A DNA stretch of 57,172 bases, taken from a virus (taxonomy: Duplodnaviria > Caudoviricetes). Below, one piece after another: positions 47,692 to 55,384 of the stretch. Position 1 is the first letter of the stretch. Every line of letters starts with the position of its first letter. Where the stretch lies: positions 1 through 57,172 of the IMG/VR virus record IMGVR_UViG_3300033182_000558; one strand, given 5' to 3'. The notes beneath the pieces are model-generated. The model did no database searches. It was not told where the DNA came from and saw only the letters and a list, made by a program, of their open reading frames with translations. A program made the translations under genes and the position numbers.

Positions 47692-49486
47692 TAGTTTAAG
47701 GGCAGGATTACAACGTTTGTTTTCTACGAATGTTATTGTTAGAAAGAACCCAAATGGTTCAGGTCTAAAAGTCCGTGATACATCCAAACTTCAAGCGTTT
47801 AACCAAGATTATCTAAAAGACAAGTTTAGACGAATACATAGAAGTTCATTGACCGCAAACTCTCGTGACCAAATCACGGGATATTCTGCTATGAGGGAAC
47901 AACTTTACCGTGATTATGATATAATGGATAGTGACCCTATTATTGCATCTGCTCTTGACATTTATGCTGACGAATCAACTACCCGTGATGAGAGTGGTAA
48001 TCTATTAAAGATTTATTCAAGTGATGATAATATCAAAGAGATATTAGAGAACCTTTACTATGATATTATGAACTTAGAGTTTAACTTATGGCCGTGGGTT
48101 AGGAACTTATCAAAATATGGTGACTTCTTTTTACACCTTGACATAAGTGAAAAGTATGGTATTGTAAATGTTAAACCATTATCAGTACACGAAATTGAAC
48201 GATTGGAAGATACTGACCCTGACAATCCACATTATGTGAAGTTTTCTAACACATTGGAAAAAGATATAGAGTATGAAAGTTACGAGATGGCACACTTCCG
48301 TCTTTTGAGTGATTCTAACTTTATCCCTTATGGTAAATCAATGGTTGAGAATGCTAGACGAATCCATAAACAATTACAGTTGATGGAAGATGCTATGTTG
48401 ATTCATCGTATAATGAGGGCTCCATCTAAACGAGTGTTTAAGATTGACATTGGTAATATTCCACCCAATGAGGTTGAGAACTATATGGAACAAGTCATCA
48501 ACAAGATGAAGAAAGAACCACATATAGACCGAACCACAGGTGATTACAACTTAAAGTACAATATACAAAATATGACCGAGGACTTTTACTTACCCGTCCG
48601 CGGTCAAAACAACAGTACCGAGATAAATGAATTGAGTGGTTTATCATATGACGGTACAGAGGATATTGAGTATCTAAAAAACAAAATGATGTCTGCTCTT
48701 AAAATCCCTAAAGCATATTTGGGATATGAGGAAGGATTAAATGGTAAAGCTACACTCGCACAAGAAGACATTAGGTTTGCTAGAACCATAGAAAGAATCC
48801 AACGAATTGTAGAAAGTGAGTTGACTAAAATTGCTATCATTCATTTATATTCACAAGGATTTAAGGACGAACAGTTGGTTGATTTTAGTATCAAACTAAA
48901 CAACCCATCTACCATCTATACAAGAGAACAAATAGAAATACTTTCATCTAAATTAGGTCTTGTTCGTGATATTAAATCAGAGAAGATACTATCACAGGAT
49001 TGGATATATGAAAATATCTTTGATATGACCGAAGATGACATAGAAGAACAACGAGAACGATTGTTGGAGGATATGAAACAAACCTTTAGATTTAACACCA
49101 TTGAAATGGAGGGTAGAGACCCTGAAACAGAAAGTGGTGAAGAAGAAGGTGATATGGAGGGTGGTGAAGAAGGAGGAGATGACTTTGGTGTGGGTGAATT
49201 TTTAAACGCATCTGACGAAGACCCATCAGATGAATATAGTGAACCAAATGATAATAAAGGTTACTACACATCTAAAGACTTTGAGAACTATGGTAAACAG
49301 GGTGGACGACCAAAACACACTTCACGTTATGAGAAAGATGACTATGTTATGGGAAGAGACCCAATTGGTAGAAAAGAGAGAAGTAGAAACGAAAGTATTT
49401 TAGATACACTCAAAAAAGATATACCAAGAGTAAAACCTGTTACTACTATATTGTCCGAGGATAATATATTAAAAGATAATGAATAA
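47681..49486 (+). CDS. gp20: Portal vertex protein (T4 gp20-like)
   Basis: QLQLMEDAMLIHRIMRAPSKRVFKIDIGNIP, EDFYLPVRG, DIEYL...ALKIP, DIRFARTI. Confidence 0.96.
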   Translation: MADNSLRAGLQRLFSTNVIVRKNPNGSGLKVRDTSKLQAFNQDYLKDKFRRIHRSSLTANSRDQITGYSAMREQLYRDYDIMDSDPIIASALDIYADESTTRDESGNLLKIYSSDDNIKEILENLYYDIMNLEFNLWPWVRNLSKYGDFFLHLDISEKYGIVNVKPLSVHEIERLEDTDPDNPHYVKFSNTLEKDIEYESYEMAHFRLLSDSNFIPYGKSMVENARRIHKQLQLMEDAMLIHRIMRAPSKRVFKIDIGNIPPNEVENYMEQVINKMKKEPHIDRTTGDYNLKYNIQNMTEDFYLPVRGQNNSTEINELSGLSYDGTEDIEYLKNKMMSALKIPKAYLGYEEGLNGKATLAQEDIRFARTIERIQRIVESELTKIAIIHLYSQGFKDEQLVDFSIKLNNPSTIYTREQIEILSSKLGLVRDIKSEKILSQDWIYENIFDMTEDDIEEQRERLLEDMKQTFRFNTIEMEGRDPETESGEEEGDMEGGEEGGDDFGVGEFLNASDEDPSDEYSEPNDNKGYYTSKDFENYGKQGGRPKHTSRYEKDDYVMGRDPIGRKERSRNESILDTLKKDIPRVKPVTTILSEDNILKDNE

Positions 49487-49521
49487 TACTTATATTTATA
49501 TTTATAATAAAATTGTACAAT

Positions 49522-50382
49522 ATGAAAAAAATTAAACACTCCAAATACAAAAACACGGGTTTTTTGTTTGAGATTTTAACTAGACAAGTAACCGTGGATA
49601 CTATGGAGGGTGTATCAGAGAGTAAAGCCCTATCTTTAATTAAAAAGTATTTCAATAAAGGTACTGAGTTATACAAAGAATACGCATTGTATGATGCGTT
49701 GATGAAGAAAAAGTTTGTGAGTGAAGTACGTGCTAATGACTTTATAGAAAAAGTAATCAAGTTACAAGAACGACTAAATATAAAGAAGTTAAAGACCGAA
49801 AAATACAATTTGGTAAAAGAAATTAAAAAACATTATAGTCTTGATGAAATGTTTTCCACCCAACTAAATGAATATAAAGTATTGGGGTCAATTTACATCT
49901 TGTTTGAAGGTGAAGGTTTAAATGAAAATACCATCACACACTACGATGATTGTAAAAACAATTTGATGGAGTTTATGATGAAAGAAGGAGATTACACATC
50001 AAGTACTCCTACTGTTTCAGAACGATATTTAAAAGAAGATAAAGAAGTACGTTTGTTGGCTTACAAACTAATGATTGAGAAGTTTAATAAAAAGTATTCA
50101 CCATTAGGTAAGAAACAAAAGTCTTTACTAAAAGAGTTTATAAACAATGTTTCTAATACTAATTCTTTGAGAACATACATCAACAAAGAAGTTGACGTAG
50201 TAAAAGAAACACTAGAAAATCAGATTGGTAAAACATCATCTGACATTACAAAAATTAAATTGAATGAAACTATCAAAATGATAGATAAGATTAAAAAAGG
50301 TAATGTAGTAAGAAACGAACAGTTCAAGGCTATGTTACATTTTTATGATTTAGTAGATGAATTGGAGAAGGTGAATGGATAA
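49522..50382 (+). CDS. Conserved hypothetical head-module protein
   Basis: MKKIKHSKYKNTGFLFEILTRQ...; follows the portal, with a tandem ATATTTATA box upstream. Confidence 0.75.
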   Translation: MKKIKHSKYKNTGFLFEILTRQVTVDTMEGVSESKALSLIKKYFNKGTELYKEYALYDALMKKKFVSEVRANDFIEKVIKLQERLNIKKLKTEKYNLVKEIKKHYSLDEMFSTQLNEYKVLGSIYILFEGEGLNENTITHYDDCKNNLMEFMMKEGDYTSSTPTVSERYLKEDKEVRLLAYKLMIEKFNKKYSPLGKKQKSLLKEFINNVSNTNSLRTYINKEVDVVKETLENQIGKTSSDITKIKLNETIKMIDKIKKGNVVRNEQFKAMLHFYDLVDELEKVNG

Positions 50383-50794
50383 AGTTGTTCGTACAATTGT
50401 AAAAGAGGTATTGAGAAAAGTTCGTAGTATGAATGAGGCTACTACTACTGCTAATGTAGCGGGTTATAATACTCCTTTTGCGTTTTCGGGTGACGGTGAT
50501 GATGAAAAGAAAAAGAAACATCTAAAAAACCAAGGATACACTATTGTAGAGAACAGATGGTTAGACCTTAAACGAGATGTTAATAGAACTGCTCCAAGAA
50601 AAATTGCAGACGGTGTTTCTAATCTCAATAAACAATTACACGAAATTGAAAAATACTTAAATTGGTACGGTAAAATCAGAACAGAGGGTGGTGTTAGTAA
50701 AGACAAATACCACAAACGTACTAGTAAACAGTTGAAAGAGATGAAAACAAGAATAATGAGAATTAACGAAAAATTGAATAGACTATCAATATGA
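50375..50794 (+). CDS. Hypothetical head-region protein
   Basis: 139 aa; MNE-ATTTANVAGYNTPFAF segment; C-terminal coiled coil. Confidence 0.7.
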   Translation: MDKVVRTIVKEVLRKVRSMNEATTTANVAGYNTPFAFSGDGDDEKKKKHLKNQGYTIVENRWLDLKRDVNRTAPRKIADGVSNLNKQLHEIEKYLNWYGKIRTEGGVSKDKYHKRTSKQLKEMKTRIMRINEKLNRLSI

Positions 50795-50940
50795 ACGAAA
50801 AACTTATTATAGAACGTATTGAAGAGTTCGTTAATGAAGAACTTGAACCATCTGATTTAAGAGAAATTAGAAAACTTATTAGACAAGAAATCGCAAACGT
50901 ATTGTTTGACTTATTTAAGAAAAGAGGTGTTTGGGTATGA
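50791..50940 (+). CDS. Small protein (49 aa), missed by the ORF track
   Basis: MNEKLIIERIEEFVNEELEPSDLREIRKLIRQEIANVLFDLFKKRGVWV*; ATGA overlaps at both ends. Confidence 0.75.
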   Translation: MNEKLIIERIEEFVNEELEPSDLREIRKLIRQEIANVLFDLFKKRGVWV

Positions 50941-51521
50941 ACAACTTATTGATAGAAACCAATTTATTTGAAGCACGATTACACGAAGACAACGGTAAGT
51001 TGTTAGTGAGTGGAGTGTTACAAAGAGCTGGTGCTAAAAACCAAAACGGTAGAGTGTATCCAAAACACATTTTAGAACGTGAGGTAAAACAATATGAACG
51101 ACTTATACAAGAAAGACGTGCGTTGGGTGAGTTAGACCACCCCGACAGTTCTGTTGTAAACTTACAGAATGTATCTCACAATGTTGTAGAGATTGGATGG
51201 AACGGTGATGATGTGGTAGGTAAAGTAGAAGTATTACCAACCCCATCAGGTAATATCCTAAAAGAACTTTTTAGAAGTGGTATTAGATTAGGTATTTCAT
51301 CTCGTGGTATGGGTTCGGTTCAAGAATCACCAAATGGGTTAGAGGTTCAAGAAGACTTTAACTTAATCGCGTTTGACTTTGTAAGTAATCCATCAACTCA
51401 CGGTGCGTTTTTATCACCAATATCAGAGGGAGTAAATCCAACGGTATGTGATATTTATTGTAAAACAGAAGATATTATATCAAAAATTATAATGGAATTA
51501 GGACAAGAATATGGCGTTTGA
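50937..51521 (+). CDS. gp21: Prohead core protease (T4 gp21-like)
   Basis: NQNGRVYP, ALGELDHP, NVSH, TPSG, GISSRGMGS, DFVSNPST. Confidence 0.96.
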   Translation: MNNLLIETNLFEARLHEDNGKLLVSGVLQRAGAKNQNGRVYPKHILEREVKQYERLIQERRALGELDHPDSSVVNLQNVSHNVVEIGWNGDDVVGKVEVLPTPSGNILKELFRSGIRLGISSRGMGSVQESPNGLEVQEDFNLIAFDFVSNPSTHGAFLSPISEGVNPTVCDIYCKTEDIISKIIMELGQEYGV

Positions 51522-51780
51522 ACAATACAATAAATTAGGACACCCCGGCAAGTTTGCTACTTCAACTACCGTAACATCGGGAGAGTTGGTATTGACGGGT
51601 TCTAACTACGGACATAGTGCGGTGATTAGAGGAACAGGTGCTACTGGCAATTTACACTTATCTAATGGTGGAACTATTGCGTTGGGTGATTTAGACGCGG
51701 GAGTAGTTCACGAATTATCACTAGAAAAAGTTTCATCTGTTAGTGGTGGGAACGTTTACCTACTGAAACGAGGATTCTAA
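51511..51780 (+). CDS. Small beta-rich hypothetical (possible capsid decoration) protein
   Basis: 89 aa, G/T/S/V-rich, overlaps the gp21 stop. Confidence 0.6.
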   Translation: MAFEQYNKLGHPGKFATSTTVTSGELVLTGSNYGHSAVIRGTGATGNLHLSNGGTIALGDLDAGVVHELSLEKVSSVSGGNVYLLKRGF

Positions 51781-51782
51781 AA

Positions 51783-53891
51783 GTGCCGGCACAATCACAA
51801 CAACAACAAAAACTTTTTGGACTAGCCCTATCAGTTAAAAGAGGTGATACTCCACGTAGTGAGGTTAGTAAAGATATAATAAAAATTGTAGATACTATGA
51901 GTGAAAAAGAAATTGAAGACTTCGCAGGAACCGAACACAAAGGACTACCTAAAAAAGTAGAACAGAAAATCCGTGAAATGGCTAGACAAACCATTAGAGA
52001 ACGAATGATGGGAGAGGCCAAATTCAACCGAGGTGATATGGTTAGGGTTATTGACAATCCTAAATATGTTATGGATAAAAAGAAATTCGCAGGTAAGTCA
52101 GGGTATGTTAAAAACATTATGGGTAGAGATGTAATGGTTAAGTTCCCAAATGGTAGAACTATTTTAGTTGACCCAAAAGATTTAGAGATGAACCCCAACG
52201 AATCAGTAAACGAAGCTAGAGATTTCTTGGTATATAATGTACAACCCAAAAAAGTTGAGGCATTTTTAAAGAAATATAAAAAAGTTGAACCATCTATGAA
52301 ACCATATTTGAAAGGTAACTTGATGAAGGCCTATGTCAAGTGGTTAGATTGGAAAAATAAGAATGAAGATAAACTTGGTGGTAGACCAGAAAAGGTAGAT
52401 TCACCTGCTTTTGGTTCAAAAACATTTTATAAATTTGATGGATTGCCGGGTTGGGCAAATGTATTTCAGTATTTGTATTATAAAATTAACTTGAAGGAAT
52501 CAGTAAACGAAGGAGATACACTTAAACAAGTAAAAAAGGGTAATAGTATAATTTTAAAGAAAGGAAATAAAATATACGCAACTATTTCTCAAAATCCAAA
52601 CAAAGAATTTAATTGGACTGTTTATTTTAAAAAAGGTGGAGCATTATCAGGATATAAAACTAAAGAAGATGCAATTGCTAGAGCACAGAAAATGAGTGAT
52701 AGTTTTAAAAGTGTGATTAATAAAATAAAAGGTGAATCAGTAAACGAAGGAATGGTAAAAATTGAAGTTGATTTATTCAAAAACTATAATCAACGAAGAC
52801 CTGATAAAACTGTTCCAATGAAAATAGATGATAAAACTACTCTTTCAAAGTTATTAAATCATACAACTTTCAAAGCTATGAAAGATAAATATGATTATAT
52901 AGAACTTCATTATGGTGATAAGTTTTTAGGTAGTGCTATGGCTGGAACTGATAATTGGGAATTTAAAAAAGGTAGAGGACTACAAGATACAAGTTTTAGA
53001 GAATCAGTAAACGAAGGTAAAAAGGCATTTAAAGTAAATCCACAAATAGGTAAAGCTAAATACAGTATTAGTTTCCACGATGGAAAATCAAAAAACAAAG
53101 ATGGAAGTGATTTTTGGGGAATTGAAACCTTTAAAAATAAAGTAGATTTAGAAAAAGGAATTAAAAACTATAAGAGTAAAGGATTTGTCCAAGAATCAGT
53201 AAACGAAGACTTTGGAACTATTGCTCTTGGTGTTGCAGGTGGATTACTTTTACTTAAAGTTCTAAAGTTTGTAGCTAAAAAAGTAATAGGAGGTGTTGCT
53301 CGTAATGCAACTTTAAGTAGAGAAGTATTGCATACAACCATAGAATCAATGACAAAAGAACTTATTAAGCAAAAAACTAAGAAGCCGAATGGTAAGCTTA
53401 AGGATGTAAGTTTAGAGGATATATTTAGGTTGAAAGTGGTACTTAAAAGATTAGTTGATAGGGGTGACATTAAAACGATGAACGATATTCAGAAAATTAT
53501 TAAAAAAGCATCAAACGGGAAGATGGAATCAGTAAACGAAGCAAATGGTGAGTTTGTTGTTTATGTTGAAAAAGATAATGGTAGAAAGAAACTTCTTCAT
53601 ACCAAGAAATCTCAACGAGCAGCCAATATGTTTATGTCTAAAAATATGGACAAAATCCTAAACAAATCAGGTATAAGAAGTATTGGTAGTATGAGTAAAG
53701 ACCAATGGGAAAAGAAAGAAGCACAGTTTGCAGAAAATATCAAGAAAAAAGGTATGAAAACTGTAACTAAAAAAGAATGGGACAGAACTCATAAAGATTT
53801 TAAAGGTATGATAAAAGGTCAACCTTATATGATGTGGTTTGACAAACAAACACAATCAACAGTATACGGCCCTGTTCATATCAAAGACTAA
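51783..53891 (+). CDS. Modular basic polyprotein: DUF3008-like N-terminus, KOW/SH3-like domain and ESVNE-delimited modules (putative internal head protein)
   Basis: GTG start; MPAQSQQQQKLFGLAL...MSEKEIEDFAGTEHKGLP; KFNRGDMVRVI...GKSGYV; six ESVNE linkers. Confidence 0.75.
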   Translation: MPAQSQQQQKLFGLALSVKRGDTPRSEVSKDIIKIVDTMSEKEIEDFAGTEHKGLPKKVEQKIREMARQTIRERMMGEAKFNRGDMVRVIDNPKYVMDKKKFAGKSGYVKNIMGRDVMVKFPNGRTILVDPKDLEMNPNESVNEARDFLVYNVQPKKVEAFLKKYKKVEPSMKPYLKGNLMKAYVKWLDWKNKNEDKLGGRPEKVDSPAFGSKTFYKFDGLPGWANVFQYLYYKINLKESVNEGDTLKQVKKGNSIILKKGNKIYATISQNPNKEFNWTVYFKKGGALSGYKTKEDAIARAQKMSDSFKSVINKIKGESVNEGMVKIEVDLFKNYNQRRPDKTVPMKIDDKTTLSKLLNHTTFKAMKDKYDYIELHYGDKFLGSAMAGTDNWEFKKGRGLQDTSFRESVNEGKKAFKVNPQIGKAKYSISFHDGKSKNKDGSDFWGIETFKNKVDLEKGIKNYKSKGFVQESVNEDFGTIALGVAGGLLLLKVLKFVAKKVIGGVARNATLSREVLHTTIESMTKELIKQKTKKPNGKLKDVSLEDIFRLKVVLKRLVDRGDIKTMNDIQKIIKKASNGKMESVNEANGEFVVYVEKDNGRKKLLHTKKSQRAANMFMSKNMDKILNKSGIRSIGSMSKDQWEKKEAQFAENIKKKGMKTVTKKEWDRTHKDFKGMIKGQPYMMWFDKQTQSTVYGPVHIKD
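52200..53541 (+). repeat. Six identical 16-bp in-frame direct repeats GAATCAGTAAACGAAG
   Basis: Starts at 52200, 52497, 52734, 53001, 53193 and 53526. Periods are 297, 237, 267, 192 and 333 bp, all multiples of 3. Confidence 0.95.
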
Positions 53892-53906
53892 ACAAATAAA
53901 AACAAT

Positions 53907-54110
53907 ATGTCGGTTACAAATGTAGGTGTTAAAGTAAGATATGGTAATGTTGAAAAAGCATTATCTATATTTAAAAAGAGAGTAAAAGAAACGGGAATAC
54001 TTCAGGAATACCGAAGTAGACAAGAATATATTAAACCCTCTGTAAAGAAAAGAAAAGCCAAAAAAGACGCTCAATATCGTTCTAGACTAGAACAACAAAA
54101 AAATATTTAA
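53907..54110 (+). CDS. rpsU: Phage-encoded ribosomal protein bS21
   Basis: VKVRYGNVEKALSIFKKRVKETGILQEYRSRQEYIKPSVKKRKAK matches the bS21 signature (ALxxFKR...Y.KPS..R). Confidence 0.9.
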   Translation: MSVTNVGVKVRYGNVEKALSIFKKRVKETGILQEYRSRQEYIKPSVKKRKAKKDAQYRSRLEQQKNI

Positions 54111-54243
54111 TTTTTTATATTTACATATATATTTATTCTTAACGAATACATCATTTCTATCTTATATGGTGTCAACGATATACTAACTGTCTATTGAAGC
54201 AACCAAATTGACTTCACAATATTAAAATTAAAACATAAATCGT

Positions 54244-55362
54244 ATGGCACAAGAAAAAAAATCACTTGTTGATGAAGTACTAGATGACGCTCTACAAGTT
54301 CGTGATACTGCTCTTGCCAACGCCAAACTTGCATTACAAGAGGCTTTTGAACCTCGTATCAAGTCTATGGTTTCTCGTCACTTACAAAGTGAAGCTGAAT
54401 TAGAAGAAGCTGAACTAGAAGAAGCTGAACTAGAAGAAGTTGAACTAGAAGAACGTGGTGATGAAGAGTTGGAAGAACGTGGTGAAGAAGAAGTTGAAGA
54501 AGGTGACGAAATCGGACTACCTGACCCAACTAACGCTGACGACGCTTCTCTTGAAGAAGAAGAACACGAAGACGAAGTTGAAGAAGAACTAGAACCATCT
54601 GACATTGATGACGAAAATGAAGAACCATCTGACGTGGCTTCTGACGATTCAGGTATTGGAGAGGGTGACCACTCTGACGAAGAAATGGAAGAAGAAATGG
54701 AAGAAGATGATGACCTTGACCTAGAGTCTGTAATCGCTGAATTAGAAGCTGAACTTTCTGAAGAAGAAGATGAAGACGAAATGGGTGAGGAAGAAGATGA
54801 AATAGATATGGACGATATGTCTATGGACTCTGAAGAAGAAGAGGAAGATGATGATGAAATTATTGACCTTGATGAACTACTTACTGCACTTACTGAAGAT
54901 GACGAAGTTGAAGAAGTCGTTGAAGAAGAAGTAGAAGAAGTAGTTGAAGAACAAAGCGAACTAGAACAGGAAAACCAAAGACTAGCTTCGGAACTTAAAG
55001 AACATCGTGAGGCAGTAGAAATCCTCCGCACTAAGTTAAATGAAGTCAACCTGTTAAACGCTAAACTCCTATATACAACTAAGTTATTCAGAAAATTCAA
55101 TCTTTCAAATGACCAAAAAATGAAAGTAGTTGAGTCTTTTGACCGTACTTCATCAGTACGTGAAACTAAGTTAGTATTTAGTACATTAGCAGAATCTTTG
55201 AGTATGAACAACTCTTCTAAAACTAAAAAGAAAGTTGCTTCTATTACTGAAGGATTCGCATCAAAACCCACGACATCTACTAAACCTAAACAACAAGAAA
55301 TCATTTCTGAAGGAAATGAAGTTGCTGATAGATTTAGAAGACTAGTATCTTATAACAAATAA
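54244..55362 (+). CDS. Prohead scaffold/core protein (T4 gp22-like)
   Basis: Very acidic (E/D-rich) with a coiled-coil C-terminus (LNEVNLLNAKLLY); directly upstream of the major capsid gene. Confidence 0.85.
   Translation: MAQEKKSLVDEVLDDALQVRDTALANAKLALQEAFEPRIKSMVSRHLQSEAELEEAELEEAELEEVELEERGDEELEERGEEEVEEGDEIGLPDPTNADDASLEEEEHEDEVEEELEPSDIDDENEEPSDVASDDSGIGEGDHSDEEMEEEMEEDDDLDLESVIAELEAELSEEEDEDEMGEEEDEIDMDDMSMDSEEEEEDDDEIIDLDELLTALTEDDEVEEVVEEEVEEVVEEQSELEQENQRLASELKEHREAVEILRTKLNEVNLLNAKLLYTTKLFRKFNLSNDQKMKVVESFDRTSSVRETKLVFSTLAESLSMNNSSKTKKKVASITEGFASKPTTSTKPKQQEIISEGNEVADRFRRLVSYNK
54391..54450 (+). repeat. 15-bp tandem repeat GAAGYTGAAYTAGAA x4 (EAELE/EVELE)
   Basis: gaagctgaattagaa gaagctgaactagaa gaagctgaactagaa gaagttgaactagaa. 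Confidence 0.85.
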
Positions 55363-55384
55363 CTCTTAATTTAAGGATAAAACA

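Noticed and set aside
52200-53541. ESVNE repeats as a CRISPR array
   Set aside because: The repeats are only 16 bp, the spacers are 176-317 bp and variable, all are in frame inside one ORF, and there are no cas genes.
54378-55304. 308-aa Ser-rich minus-strand ORF
   Set aside because: It is the antisense shadow of the GAA-rich scaffold gene.
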